From a virus: DNA of 45,256 nt. Within the stretch, counting starts at the first letter, position 1. Every line of letters starts with the position of its first letter. Made by a program: the position numbers and the translations under genes. This document shows, one piece after another, positions 13,662 to 23,729 of the stretch. The notes under the pieces were generated by a model that was not told where the DNA came from, did not search any database, and was given only the letters and a program-made list of their open reading frames with translations. The stretch covers positions 1-45,256 of IMG/VR virus record IMGVR_UViG_3300048910_000050; one strand, given 5' to 3'.

Positions 13662-15740
13662 TTAGCCGGTGACGGCGATGGAGGTAACGATTGCCTCCCA
13701 ATCGACCGTGCCGCCGGCAGCAAGGCCGGTGATCTGCAGCGAGACAACGCCAGCATTGGCCGTCGAGTCCGTCAGCACCCAGGTGGCGTTGAGCAGAGCG
13801 TCGGACTCGTACGAGTAGATGCTTGTGGGTCCGGACAGCAGCGCGGTGTTGGTCGTATTGGTCCGCGCGTAGGTGACGAACTTGTACATGGCGGTTGCAC
13901 CGCTGGCCCCTTGCTGCTTCGCCAATACGGTGGCTTCGAGGATCGTGCCGCAGTTGTTGTTCAGCGACTTGGCCCAGATGTTCACCGGCGTTGCATTGGC
14001 CGTCGACACCTTGCGAATTTTCGTGACGTTGCTCCCGGTCGGCTGCGCATCCAGAATGATGCCGGCTGTACCCGAGATGAAATTCTCTTCGCAGTACGTG
14101 CAGTCCACGCCGCCGCCACCCAAGATCAGGGCATAGCTGTACGTCGGTGTGTTCTGGGTGACCTTCGGCGCGATCAGCTTGTTGCGCGTGCCCGAGATGT
14201 TGAATGCTCCATATGAGCCGCTGGATCCGGTACTGGCTCCGTTCACGAAGCAACTCGTGAGCGTGCAGTTCAGCGTGCTCGCAGTCAGCACAATGCCATC
14301 ATGGTTGATGTCGTGGCAGCCGCAGGCGGTCATGTTGATGTTCTCGACCGCGTTCAGGTAGAAGCCATTCGTGCCCGTGCCACCGTCTTTCGCCGTGCAG
14401 CCGATCAGATGCCAGTCGTAGCCGCTCTGGATGTCGAAGCAGGCGCCGCCGTCTGTGCCGGCCGTGACGCAGTTCGACAGGACCGTACCTTGGCCCACGC
14501 CGCGGATGATGAAGGCCGGGCCGTTGGAGTTGTCCGAGATGCAGCCACGAATGCGCCCCTCGATCACGCTGAGGAAGTAGAACGTGCCGCCGCCGAAGCC
14601 GGACGACCAGACGTTATCGACAACCGGCGTGCTGACACCGTTCATGTACAGGCCGTAACCGCTGGTGTAGTTCCACGTCGGGCCGGCGATCGGCGCAATG
14701 AAGAAGTCTTTCAGCAGGTGATTATTCGTACTGACACATTCGATTGCGTTGCCCGTGGCCGCGTAGTAGAAGACTGCGGACCCGATACCGTAGCCGATCA
14801 CGTTGACGGAAAGCGGGATCGACAGCGTCGTGTCGTAGACGTAGTACCCGTACGTCAGCGACACGGTGCCGGTCAGACCGTTGATCGAGTACTGGTAGCC
14901 GGCGAAGTTCAGCGCAGCCTGGAGCGCCGGTGCGTTGCGCGCCGCGGCTGCCGCACGGGCCGAGAAGTCGGCGCCTACCGGCGCATGGAGTCCGTCCGCG
15001 ATAGCGCCCCACCATTCCGGGAAGATCAGATCATTGCGGATCGTGCCGACGACTTTGCCAGTACCGGTGCACTGGAAAATCTGCTGCCGGCCGGCGAGCA
15101 GTTCGGTGTTGGTCATCGTGACCGTGACACCGTTCGGGATGATCAGCTTGGCGCCCGCGTGGAAACGCAGGGCCGCACCAGTGGGAATCGTCAGATCCGA
15201 CCCGATCAGATACGACCCCTTCGGGAAGTACAGTTCAAAGTCGGTGAAGTCCGACGTCAGGTTTGTGAGCATCGTGTTGATCGCATTGCGATCGTCGGTG
15301 ATGCCATCGCCGACAGCGCCATAATCCTTGCTGCCGAAGTGGTCACGCAGCTTATTCTGTACCGTGCGCAGCACCGCGCCAGTGGTGGACTGGATGAAGC
15401 CGAGCAGAGACGAACCAGCCGACGAGGCTGCGCTGGCGATGAAGGCGACGACGCCGAACGGGTCGGATTTGTAGTTGTCGACCGTGTAAATCGTGCTGCC
15501 GGCCGAATCCTTGAGGACGACCTTGTAGGATCCATCCCAATAGATCGGGCTGTCTGGTTCGCCTCGGGCGTTGAGGATGATCGGGTTAGCTTGCGGGACG
15601 AGGCCGGCAGAGTCGGTATAGGTTGCCTTCGGCGTAGTCGTGCCGGCAGCATAGGTGTACACCTTCCCGCCAGCGAGCGGGCGCCCATTGGGCGAGTCGA
15701 AGTATTGCTGCTTCGGGACGGGCATCAGGGCGGTAGTCAT
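13662..15740 (-). CDS. Tailspike / depolymerase with pectate-lyase-like beta-helix
   Basis: SKDYGAVGDGITDDRNAI motif, a long Gly/Thr/Asn-rich repetitive beta-helix-like body, and an N-terminal fibre-type domain (GGKVYTYAAGTTTPKATYTD). Confidence 0.85.
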   Translation of the reverse strand: MTTALMPVPKQQYFDSPNGRPLAGGKVYTYAAGTTTPKATYTDSAGLVPQANPIILNARGEPDSPIYWDGSYKVVLKDSAGSTIYTVDNYKSDPFGVVAFIASAASSAGSSLLGFIQSTTGAVLRTVQNKLRDHFGSKDYGAVGDGITDDRNAINTMLTNLTSDFTDFELYFPKGSYLIGSDLTIPTGAALRFHAGAKLIIPNGVTVTMTNTELLAGRQQIFQCTGTGKVVGTIRNDLIFPEWWGAIADGLHAPVGADFSARAAAAARNAPALQAALNFAGYQYSINGLTGTVSLTYGYYVYDTTLSIPLSVNVIGYGIGSAVFYYAATGNAIECVSTNNHLLKDFFIAPIAGPTWNYTSGYGLYMNGVSTPVVDNVWSSGFGGGTFYFLSVIEGRIRGCISDNSNGPAFIIRGVGQGTVLSNCVTAGTDGGACFDIQSGYDWHLIGCTAKDGGTGTNGFYLNAVENINMTACGCHDINHDGIVLTASTLNCTLTSCFVNGASTGSSGSYGAFNISGTRNKLIAPKVTQNTPTYSYALILGGGGVDCTYCEENFISGTAGIILDAQPTGSNVTKIRKVSTANATPVNIWAKSLNNNCGTILEATVLAKQQGASGATAMYKFVTYARTNTTNTALLSGPTSIYSYESDALLNATWVLTDSTANAGVVSLQITGLAAGGTVDWEAIVTSIAVTG

Positions 15741-15750
15741 CGCGTGCCCC

Positions 15751-16086
15751 TTACACTTGGGTGAATGCGGACACGTCGAGTGCGACGTTCAGGCCCAGGG
15801 CCGAGATGAAATCTCCCGGTTCGAGGATCCGCCCGATCAGTTCCGGGCACGTGTAGGTCTCGCCGCTGGCGATCGAACGCGCCGAGATTTTCTGGTTCTT
15901 GAGCGCCGCGGTATCGCCCGATGTCACGATGTTCACCGTGCACGCAACAGCGCCGCCGCTATTGTTCGTCAGCGTGGCATTGCAGATGCGCACGCGGGTC
16001 AGGGCAGGGGCCGTGTAGTACGTTGCTGCGGAGCCCGTCAGCAGCGTGCCGGGGATGATATTCTTTTGTCCGATCATTACGATCAC
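15751..16086 (-). CDS. Hypothetical protein between fibre and tailspike (111 aa)
   Basis: Complete ORF with a protein-like sequence in the tail module. Confidence 0.6.
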   Translation of the reverse strand: MIVMIGQKNIIPGTLLTGSAATYYTAPALTRVRICNATLTNNSGGAVACTVNIVTSGDTAALKNQKISARSIASGETYTCPELIGRILEPGDFISALGLNVALDVSAFTQV

Positions 16087-16090
16087 CCAT

Positions 16091-16114
16091 AAAAAAAGGC
16101 TCCCGAAGGAGCCC
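16091..16114 (-). terminator. Intrinsic terminator after the tail-fibre gene
   Basis: Minus-strand reading is ggctcc-ttcg-ggagcc followed by 7 T. Confidence 0.6.
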
Positions 16115-16139
16115 TGTTGTTAAATCAGTTGTAGGTTAC

Positions 16140-17594
16140 CTACTCAAGTCGATACCAAGTCGTATTCGAAGAGCGGTAGATGAATGCATAGCCCTGCGTG
16201 CCTGTCGTGCTTACTGTGAAAGTGGTAGGTGCATTTGAGACGCTTTGGCCAGAATTCGGCGAGACCGTCAGAGCAGTGATGTTCTGAGAGCTGCTGATAC
16301 GGATTTCCTGGCCATCCACTGGAGAGGCAGGCATTGTGATCGTCCCGGTTGCCAGAGTGCCGGCTGGGTTAAGAATCAGCGTCCGCACCCCAGCACCGAT
16401 CGTGATCGAGAAGCCTGTAGCCGGTGTCTGGTAGGAGTAGGACGTGTCAGCAACACCCTTCGCATTGACTAGGTTCCCGCTGCCGTCGATGGTCACAGCG
16501 TCGACGAATGAACCTGCAATGCGGGTGGAGAAGATGAGCGAACAGGCCTCAGAACCTGCTGTCGCGTTACTTACAGTGACCCGCAATTGACCCCAGACCA
16601 GCACCGTGCCACTCGCGTTCGGGGCATACACTCCGAACGTCCCGGGCTGCGATCCGACGCCGGAATTGCTGGTACGGCCGGCTACGATCGTGGCGCCAAG
16701 GGAAGTCCGAAAATCGGCGATGCCCGTCGTCAGTCCGCCGATGGACAACTGTGTGAAGGTGCCAGCCTTGGCCGTCGTGGCGCCGATCGTGACATTGTCC
16801 ATCGCCCCGGCCGTAGCCGGGTTGATCGTGACGAGACCCGTACCGGTGGGGGATAGGGTGACGTTGGCGTTGGCTGGGCTGAGCGTTACCGCTTGGCTGG
16901 CCGTCAACGTCGTGAAAGCTCCCGTATTCGGCGTGGTCGATCCGATCGTTCCCGGAACCGCCCAAGTCCCACCCAGCAGCTGCGAGACGTTCAGGTTCGG
17001 CACGACCGTCGTCGATGCGATCGAGAATGGCGCCGTACCAGTAGCAAGCGTGCTGGTGATCTGGCCGGTCGCGCTGATGGTCGTGAATGCTCCAGAGTTA
17101 GCGGTGAGAGAGCCGATCTTGCCGGGATGCTCCCAGTCCACGCGGAACGGATCTTGGAACGAGGCCAGCATCTGCACGCCTTCGAGCTCTTTGCGTACCT
17201 CGGCCAAGTCGGCGCGAAGCGGTTGTTCACCCGGCGCCATCAACTGGCTGGCTAGCTCCTTGCGGATCTCTGCCAACTCGGCTTGCACCTGGATGAACTG
17301 GTTAGCCTGAACGCGAAGATCCTGCACCTCGGCCAGCAATGCGGCCACTTGGCCCGACAAATCCGGCGATTCCACGGCGCCGATGTCCTCGATAGCCTGC
17401 GACTGCAAAGAGGCAGACTGCGCCACGCTCGCAGCCAGGATGGCCAGATCATCAGAGCCCATGCCTTCCGGACCACCGACGCGCTCGAACAGAGCACGCA
17501 GCGCACGCGCAAACTCGGGCGTCATCAGCACCGTATCATCCTGCTGCACGAGCCCGATCGGCACGCGTGCCGGGAAAAGGTTCAGGGTGCTCAT
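16140..17594 (-). CDS. Tail fibre protein
   Basis: N-terminal coiled-coil (AELAEIRKEL / ADLAEVRKEL repeats), then Thr/Gly/Ser-rich repeats (GAFTTISATG, GAFTTLTASQ). Confidence 0.8.
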   Translation of the reverse strand: MSTLNLFPARVPIGLVQQDDTVLMTPEFARALRALFERVGGPEGMGSDDLAILAASVAQSASLQSQAIEDIGAVESPDLSGQVAALLAEVQDLRVQANQFIQVQAELAEIRKELASQLMAPGEQPLRADLAEVRKELEGVQMLASFQDPFRVDWEHPGKIGSLTANSGAFTTISATGQITSTLATGTAPFSIASTTVVPNLNVSQLLGGTWAVPGTIGSTTPNTGAFTTLTASQAVTLSPANANVTLSPTGTGLVTINPATAGAMDNVTIGATTAKAGTFTQLSIGGLTTGIADFRTSLGATIVAGRTSNSGVGSQPGTFGVYAPNASGTVLVWGQLRVTVSNATAGSEACSLIFSTRIAGSFVDAVTIDGSGNLVNAKGVADTSYSYQTPATGFSITIGAGVRTLILNPAGTLATGTITMPASPVDGQEIRISSSQNITALTVSPNSGQSVSNAPTTFTVSTTGTQGYAFIYRSSNTTWYRLE

Positions 17595-19027
17595 CGGCTC
17601 AGGCCTTCAGCATCGACTGCAGCACCCAAGATCACGCGCTTCACCGGGTCGGAAATCGAGACCTCAAATACCCGGTCACGGCCCGAGCCCAGGCGCCGAA
17701 GCCTCGCACGGGCATGGTACTGGCCGATGCGCCCCATGGTCACCGTTCGCAGGTTGCTCCACGTGTGACCGCCATCGTCCGACCAGCGAACCATCATCTG
17801 TGGGTCATCACCTTGGCCCGTGCTCAAGCCCACGCCGGCTTCGACGTCCACCTGCAGCCCATGGAAGCGGATACGGTGGTAATCGCCATCGGCCACATGC
17901 GGAGAGGAGCGCAACGCCAGCAGCGGATCACCGTCGTCGTCGAAGCAATCAAGGTCCAGCGCGTACAGATTGCCATTCTCCCAATCGCCCACGACATGAA
18001 GGCCAGCCCACTGCATGTGGCAGTCCGAGCGGTGCCGATTAAGAGCGGTAGTGTCAGGGTCGCGCCATGCCCGCTCATGCCACAGCCCGGCCTTCACGCC
18101 ATAGACCCACGTGGCATTCGCGCTCGGGAAGTTCAGCACATAGAAGGTTTCGCCCTCCTGCTGATAGGCGTAGGCCCTCGCATCCGAGATGTCGCTGTAG
18201 CCCTGAATCGCCAACTCGACGCCATCGTGCGACACGCGCTGCGGGGTGTAGCCATTCATGCGCCACACGACCCCATTACCGTTCTTGTCCTCACCCAGCC
18301 AGAACACTGAGTTGTCCAGATCAACCACGGAATGCACCGCGGCGCAGCCCTGCTCGATCAGCGCGTTGCCATCGCGGGCATACGGGAAATCCCCATTGCC
18401 ACTGTCGCCCCATACTTCCGTGACGGTGCGCTTGAACAGCAGGATCTGTCCGTGGTTCACGATATGCGACACGATCAGCTCTGCGTTGCTCTCGGCGCTG
18501 GCGAAGTCGAGCGGGTCGAACGTCACGGAGCCATCTGCAGCACTGATGTAGAACTGGTTCGTGCCCGGCCGCTCCAGGATGAACGCGTTGTCGTTGTAAC
18601 TGACCCGCGTCGCACCATAGAAGCCGTCATCCGTGATCTGCTCCAGCGTGTTGGAGGCCAGGTCAAGCTTGTAGCCATAGTCCCCCGTCACAATCACCGC
18701 GGTCGTGCCGTTGTCCTTGATCGAGGCGACCGTATCGCGTGAATCGATAGTTCCCACGAGCGTTGCGGTGAAGTCGGTAGCCAGACGGTACACGCAGTTG
18801 CCAGCCACGGCGATGGCATTGCCGACAGACGGCCGATACAGGCCGCGAACGGCGCCGCCAGCGAGCGTGGTCAGCCGGCGCAGGCCGGGCGTGCCGAACA
18901 GCGCGCGCACGGACTTGGCTGTGCCGCCGGTTTCGTCGACCACGGCATAAAGGTTGACACTTCTCTGAGCCGAGAAATTCAATGATCGGCTCAGGTATGC
19001 GCCGCCTACAAGTGGGAACTGTGACAT
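17591..19027 (-). CDS. P22 gp10-like tail hub / packaged-DNA stabilisation protein
   Basis: 478 aa (P22 gp10 is about 470 aa). Overall pattern and C-terminal ARARLRRLGSGRDRVFEVSISDPV resemble the Phage_stabilise family. Confidence 0.7.
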   Translation of the reverse strand: MSQFPLVGGAYLSRSLNFSAQRSVNLYAVVDETGGTAKSVRALFGTPGLRRLTTLAGGAVRGLYRPSVGNAIAVAGNCVYRLATDFTATLVGTIDSRDTVASIKDNGTTAVIVTGDYGYKLDLASNTLEQITDDGFYGATRVSYNDNAFILERPGTNQFYISAADGSVTFDPLDFASAESNAELIVSHIVNHGQILLFKRTVTEVWGDSGNGDFPYARDGNALIEQGCAAVHSVVDLDNSVFWLGEDKNGNGVVWRMNGYTPQRVSHDGVELAIQGYSDISDARAYAYQQEGETFYVLNFPSANATWVYGVKAGLWHERAWRDPDTTALNRHRSDCHMQWAGLHVVGDWENGNLYALDLDCFDDDGDPLLALRSSPHVADGDYHRIRFHGLQVDVEAGVGLSTGQGDDPQMMVRWSDDGGHTWSNLRTVTMGRIGQYHARARLRRLGSGRDRVFEVSISDPVKRVILGAAVDAEGLSR

Positions 19028-19035
19028 GGATTAGG

Positions 19036-19070
19036 CAATAAAAAACCCGCCTCAGTTGCCTGGGGCGGGT
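19036..19070 (-). terminator. Intrinsic terminator after ant, inside the late operon
   Basis: Minus-strand reading is aacccgcc-(12-nt loop)-ggcgggtt followed by ttttatt. Confidence 0.65.
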
Positions 19071-19090
19071 TGGTTAGGAATCTTTTACTA

Positions 19091-19837
19091 CTATGCTGCT
19101 TCGTTCTGCTTCAGAAGCGGGAGTACACCTGCTGCCCACTTGATCTGCTGGATCGGCACGCCGCTACCGTGCTTCTTGCCGGTGTCGTAAATCTTCGCGA
19201 ACTCTCGGCCGGCATCCTGCACTTCCCACACCTCGCCGCGCTTGACCTGAAATCCAGCCTCGGCAAGCAGCGTGTTCACCTTGCGCCCACTGAGCTTGAT
19301 CTGCTCGCCCAACTCCGTCGGCGTGAAGAACTGTGTCTGCTCCGACTGCTCAAGGTGCGTCTGGCCGAGCAACGACAACAGATTCGTGCCCGTAATGTGC
19401 CTCACCGCCTGATTCGCGCTGATCGCCGCCGCGTTCTTGTCCAGGCCGATCAGCTTGGCCAAGCCGAACAGCGCCTTGAACTCCTTGACAGGCTCCAGCG
19501 TCGACGGTGCTTTTGTAGCCGGACGTTCCTTCGCTTGCCGCTCGCACTCGATGAAGTACTGGCGCGCTTGCTTGCCCTTGTCGGTGCGCTCGACCATCGC
19601 CAACTCTTTCGCCATGTCGAGACTGATGTGGTAATCGATTTGGCTGACTCGACCGTTCATAAATTTATGAACGGTGAAGTCTTCACCTTCGATGAACCCA
19701 TACTGGTCGATTCTGGCTTTGATCCAGTCTGCGAATTGCTGCCGGCTTTCCAGAAACGCATGCAGTTCACGTGCATTGACAGTCTCAACAGCTGCCGCCC
19801 CTAGGTTGCGTTGCTCGATATTGATCAGGCTGCTCAT
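19091..19837 (-). CDS. ant: Antirepressor (AntA-type N-terminal domain plus KilA-C-type C-terminal domain)
   Basis: [35 protein letters not shown]...[29 protein letters not shown] is the Ant/KilAC pattern. Confidence 0.85.
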   Translation of the reverse strand: MSSLINIEQRNLGAAAVETVNARELHAFLESRQQFADWIKARIDQYGFIEGEDFTVHKFMNGRVSQIDYHISLDMAKELAMVERTDKGKQARQYFIECERQAKERPATKAPSTLEPVKEFKALFGLAKLIGLDKNAAAISANQAVRHITGTNLLSLLGQTHLEQSEQTQFFTPTELGEQIKLSGRKVNTLLAEAGFQVKRGEVWEVQDAGREFAKIYDTGKKHGSGVPIQQIKWAAGVLPLLKQNEAA

Positions 19838-20028
19838 GCCGCACCTCCAGCGACAAGTCGCAGGTTTGCAGCCGCGAGCCGGGGGAATCTCCGCGCGAGA
19901 GCTTGCAGGACGATTATCGCGTTGTCGTGATAGTCGGTACTCATGCTGCGGAGTTGTTCGATCACAGCGATCTCCATCCGGGAGAGCTCCATTCGTTGTA
20001 CTTCAGTCGTCGTCGTGATAACCTTCAT
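19834..20028 (-). CDS. 64-aa protein, paralog of 1052..1246
   Basis: ATG 20028 follows AAAGGA (the track start at 20103 is a GTG). It shares the ...ALARRFPR.....LRLVAGG tail. ATGA-coupled to ant. Confidence 0.55.
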   Translation of the reverse strand: MKVITTTTEVQRMELSRMEIAVIEQLRSMSTDYHDNAIIVLQALARRFPRLAAANLRLVAGGAA

Positions 20029-20099
20029 CTTGATTCCTTTGCTTAGGGTTTCAAATCGACGCCTCAACCGCTCCAACGGTTGGGGCGTTTTCCTTTGCG

Positions 20100-20276
20100 T
20101 CACGCATTTTCACGCAACGCCTCCTGCTTGCGTGCCGCATCCAAAATCAGCAGCACTTGGGCATTCACACTGCGGTAGCCTTGCTTGGCGGTCCGCTGCA
20201 GCCAGTCACGCATGTCGATCGGCATCTTCACCGAAACAACAGGCTTCGATGCCTTTTCAGGGGTAGAAGTGTCCAT
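20100..20276 (-). CDS. Arc-like ribbon-helix-helix repressor
   Basis: VSVKMPIDMRDWLQRTAKQGYRSVNAQVLLIL resembles P22 Arc (…RSVNSEI…). ATG 20276 follows AAGGA. Confidence 0.7.
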   Translation of the reverse strand: MDTSTPEKASKPVVSVKMPIDMRDWLQRTAKQGYRSVNAQVLLILDAARKQEALRENA

Positions 20277-20354
20277 CTGGTATCCTTTCGATTGACGAGA
20301 TTTCACTCTACAGAACTAAAAAAGATTTTTCAAGACTTTTCGAGATTATTTTGT
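20277..20354. promoter_or_regulatory. AT-rich divergent promoter/operator spacer of the immI-like module
   Basis: 78-bp AT-rich spacer between divergent regulator genes. No hexamers assigned. Confidence 0.4.
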
Positions 20355-20804
20355 ATGGCAACAGCATCTGATATCGGCGCACGCATTCAAACCTGTCGGG
20401 CTCGACTTCGTTTTTCACAGCAAGAGATGGCTGACTTAGTTGGGATTGCGCCGTCCCAGTTTCATAGGTATGAGGTCGGACGGACTAAACCTCGCCCAGC
20501 GATGGCCGATCGCATTGCCGATGCTCTCGGCGTCTCCACGTCATGGCTACTTACCGGCGAAGGCAACATGGAGCGCTCCAAGAAGGATGATCTGGGAACG
20601 CGTGATAAGCCAGGCTTTCACATCATCAGCGTCGAGTTCACCCCCAGCGAAGCCAAGGCATTTAGGCGCCAAGCCACAGCACGAGGAATGACGCCGGAAC
20701 AGTTCATGAAATTTCTCATGTATCAACAGTTCGAAAAGAACAACTTGCTTGATGCTGATAGCAAAGTCTCAAAAAACATCATCTCTCCAAAGGACGACGA
20801 ATGA
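20355..20804 (+). CDS. XRE-type HTH regulator with a C-terminal RHH-like domain (functional Mnt analogue)
   Basis: N-terminus FSQQEMADLVGIAPSQFHRYEVGRTKP. C-terminus FHIISVEFTPSEAKAFRRQATARGMTPEQFMKFLM. Divergent from the Arc-like gene. Confidence 0.75.
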   Translation: MATASDIGARIQTCRARLRFSQQEMADLVGIAPSQFHRYEVGRTKPRPAMADRIADALGVSTSWLLTGEGNMERSKKDDLGTRDKPGFHIISVEFTPSEAKAFRRQATARGMTPEQFMKFLMYQQFEKNNLLDADSKVSKNIISPKDDE

Positions 20805-20929
20805 GCGATTTCATCACCTTCAAGCTGTGGAAACTGGGCATTTTCTTCATCGGCGCCATCATCTACGGCTTCATCAGCGCTCGGAGGCGGAGACGGAATT
20901 CACGGCAGCGCCCCTCAGAAGAGGATTAG
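20801..20929 (+). CDS. Single-pass membrane peptide (42 aa)
   Basis: ATGA-coupled to the regulator. MSDFITFKLWKLGIFFIGAIIYGFISARRRRR. Overlaps the convergent 509-aa gene by 56 nt. Tentative. Confidence 0.3.
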   Translation: MSDFITFKLWKLGIFFIGAIIYGFISARRRRRNSRQRPSEED

Positions 20930-22403
20930 ACAGCCCTGATTCCAGTGCCGGAGCTACGCTACCCGCAGCTTTAGCCCCAGGCCCATAAGCCATCCGCGCC
21001 GCCAGCGCCTTGAATGCAGCGCTTCGGTCGGCCATGAATGCTGCCCACGTGAGTGGGTTCTTTGCCAGCAACGACAAGCCCCCCGGGTTCTTGTTTGCCT
21101 CCATCAGCGCACGACGCTCGGATACCTTGAGCGTCGTGATCAACTTCGATTCCTCGGCGTTCAGGCCGGCCACTTCCGGGACCGCGTTGGCAATTTCTTC
21201 CTTCAGCCCACGCGCCAGCCCCTTCTGCGCCTCCGTCTCAGCGCCGCCCATCTGGCCATACTTCTTCGCCAGCGTCTGGTAAGTGCCCTGCTTGAGTTGT
21301 TGTGCAGCCTGCACTGGTAAGTCCGGGCCTGGGTAGAGCGGGTGTGCCAAGAAGTCGTCACCAACGCGGTCGATTGCAGCCAGATCTGCCGTTGGGCTGA
21401 CCTGATTGCCGAACGTAGTTTTCACGTCCGCCAGCCGCTGCAAGACGCTCTGCTTTGGCACGGTGGCCGTAGAGTTCGCGATCTTGTCGGCTACCTGCGT
21501 GTTCAGGTCATCGATAAGGCCCTGCATCTTCTCAACACCAGCCCTTGTAGGACTGATGCCATAGTCGAGAAGCGTGCGCACAGCAGTATCGGCATCGCCG
21601 TTTGCAAGTTGCTTAATCGTCGGCTTGAGCGCACTTTGCATCAGACCTGTGGCGCGGTTTTGGGCAATTTGCTCCAGCTTGTTACCAATGGCTCCGCCAA
21701 CCTTCGCCACGCCAGGCAACGCTCCGCCCACCACCGCCCCAGCGCCTGCATCGCTCGGGTTGACCATCCCGGCCGATGCGCCGCCAGAGATTGCCCCGCC
21801 AGCGGTCCGATATGCCAGATCAGCCAGGCGCGACGACGGAGCGCCACTGCCAAGCGTCATGCCGCCGCTCTCGATCGAGTTTGCCAGCGTTTGCAGGGTA
21901 GGGCCGCTCATGCCGGCACGTGCCAGAACCGGCGCAGCCGCGCGTACGCCGCCCGCCACCACGCCGCCAATGCCCGCAGTGCCAGCCACTTCGCCGCCCA
22001 GCTTGCCGGCCTTGTACAGCAGCGAATCCGGCTCTGCACCTACGAAATAGGCGAGGCCAGAATCGAGGTCTCGGCGGCGCTGCTCGTTGCGGCTGATCGG
22101 CTGCTTACCGGTGATGAGGCCGGCGACATTGGGATCGCGGTCACCCATGATCATGTCCGTGGCTTTGTCGATCGGCCACATCAGCGTGGCCCCGATCGAG
22201 CCCGCGCCGCGGACTGCGCCGGACGCAAGGTTGATGGCGCCTTGCTTGACGCTGTCGAGCACACTAGTTTGTGGCGCCGGCGGCGCTGCAGGCGCATCGG
22301 CCGGCATCGACTGGATGTAGTTGGCGAGCTTGCGCGCACCCTCAGTGTCGCCGGCTTTATCGGCGTTACGCAGGGCGGTGTACAGCTCTTCGCGGGTTGG
22401 CAT
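20874..22403 (-). CDS. Internal virion / ejection protein (509 aa)
   Basis: Large Ala/Gly-rich protein. Third of three consecutive large genes after the adaptor block, as in P22 7/20/16. Confidence 0.7.
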   Translation of the reverse strand: MPTREELYTALRNADKAGDTEGARKLANYIQSMPADAPAAPPAPQTSVLDSVKQGAINLASGAVRGAGSIGATLMWPIDKATDMIMGDRDPNVAGLITGKQPISRNEQRRRDLDSGLAYFVGAEPDSLLYKAGKLGGEVAGTAGIGGVVAGGVRAAAPVLARAGMSGPTLQTLANSIESGGMTLGSGAPSSRLADLAYRTAGGAISGGASAGMVNPSDAGAGAVVGGALPGVAKVGGAIGNKLEQIAQNRATGLMQSALKPTIKQLANGDADTAVRTLLDYGISPTRAGVEKMQGLIDDLNTQVADKIANSTATVPKQSVLQRLADVKTTFGNQVSPTADLAAIDRVGDDFLAHPLYPGPDLPVQAAQQLKQGTYQTLAKKYGQMGGAETEAQKGLARGLKEEIANAVPEVAGLNAEESKLITTLKVSERRALMEANKNPGGLSLLAKNPLTWAAFMADRSAAFKALAARMAYGPGAKAAGSVAPALESGLSNPLLRGAAVNSVSASER

Positions 22404-23716
22404 TACTTGCCTCCGTGTTTCTTGAGCAGATCTGCGATATCGTCCGGGACGCCACTATCACCAGCGGCTGGCGGGGTGTAACTCGGACCCGCACTACGCG
22501 ACAGGCCGGCGATAGCCGTTTTCCGGTTCGCTGCTTTCTGCGCGATCAGTGCCGGGGTATCGCCAGGCTGCGGGAAATACTGCTGCTTCGCGTTCTCGAA
22601 CTCGCTCGGGCTGATAACAGCGCCGGATTCCTGACGCAGGATGGCATTGACGAAATTGCGCTGGGCCTGTTCGGCTCGCTGATCGGCCTCGCTCAGGGCA
22701 AACTTGTTGGTGATTGCTCCGGTCGCGCCGCCGATGATCGGCCATTCCTGAACACTCTGCTTCGCATTGATCGCTGCCGGACTATATTGCCCGGTCAGTT
22801 TCCCGAGGATCGCATCAGCTTCTTGTGCCCGGTCGGAGAAGGCCGCCGATTTCCCCTGAAACTCGGTCATCGGCTTGCCGCCCTGGAGCGGGTTTCCTTT
22901 GGCATCGACCACAGGGACGGCGACACCAGTACGCTTGTTGACCAGCATCCCACGGTCCGAATCATACTGGCCCTGCTGGTTCAGTTCGCGTGCGCGCGCG
23001 TCAGTCAGATCCTGGCCGCGGCGCGTTGCCGCCACTATGGCCGTGTTGTCCGGGCTCTGCGTGTTCCGCACGCTGTTCATGACCACAACTTTGCCCGTCA
23101 CTGGATCAATGCTGATCGTATCGGTCGTGCCGCCCATGTTGCGTGTGTCGATCTTCGGAAGCATCTTATCCGCTTGCATGGAATGCGCCGCCGCCCACTG
23201 CTTGATTTCCTCCGGAGTCTTCAGGTTGGCAAGTGCCTGCCGCTCATTGGCGATATCCCCGCTGACGTCGAAGCCCAACTGCTTGCCCAGCATCTCCATG
23301 CTGTTCAAGGCGGCATTGGCGTTCTCTTGCGTAGGCATGGCCATAACGCGGCCGGCAACCTGCTTCGTCGCATCGAGATATTTGCCCATAGCCTCTGCCT
23401 GATTCTTTTGGGCCTCGGCCTTCGTCTTGGTCCGGTTCTGGATCGACGTGTCGAGCTTGTCAGCCTCGTCAAAATAGCCGTTCCCACGCAAGGTGTTCAT
23501 GCGCTGATCGTCGGTTGCGTCTTGCGGCAGGCCTTTCATGAGATTCAGCAGGTTGTTCCCGCGTGCGATCTGCCTCTGCTTTTCACCATACATCAGGTCC
23601 GCAAGACGGCTCTGATTCTGCGCTTGCTGGATCTGCTGCACCTGCATGTACTGCTCAAGCGGATTGGCCAATTGGACTGGCTTCACGCTCAGGGCGATAT
23701 TTGGATCGATGGGCAT
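22403..23716 (-). CDS. Internal virion / ejection protein (437 aa)
   Basis: Gln-rich N-terminus; position in the ejection-protein block. Confidence 0.7.
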   Translation of the reverse strand: MPIDPNIALSVKPVQLANPLEQYMQVQQIQQAQNQSRLADLMYGEKQRQIARGNNLLNLMKGLPQDATDDQRMNTLRGNGYFDEADKLDTSIQNRTKTKAEAQKNQAEAMGKYLDATKQVAGRVMAMPTQENANAALNSMEMLGKQLGFDVSGDIANERQALANLKTPEEIKQWAAAHSMQADKMLPKIDTRNMGGTTDTISIDPVTGKVVVMNSVRNTQSPDNTAIVAATRRGQDLTDARARELNQQGQYDSDRGMLVNKRTGVAVPVVDAKGNPLQGGKPMTEFQGKSAAFSDRAQEADAILGKLTGQYSPAAINAKQSVQEWPIIGGATGAITNKFALSEADQRAEQAQRNFVNAILRQESGAVISPSEFENAKQQYFPQPGDTPALIAQKAANRKTAIAGLSRSAGPSYTPPAAGDSGVPDDIADLLKKHGGK

Positions 23717-23729
23717 GTTATTTCCTTGA

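Noticed and set aside
13662-17594. Diversity-generating retroelement, as in BPP-1-like phages (variable repeat in the fibre or spike gene)
   Set aside because: No reverse transcriptase ORF (no YxDD-type protein) and no template-repeat copy were seen anywhere in the window.
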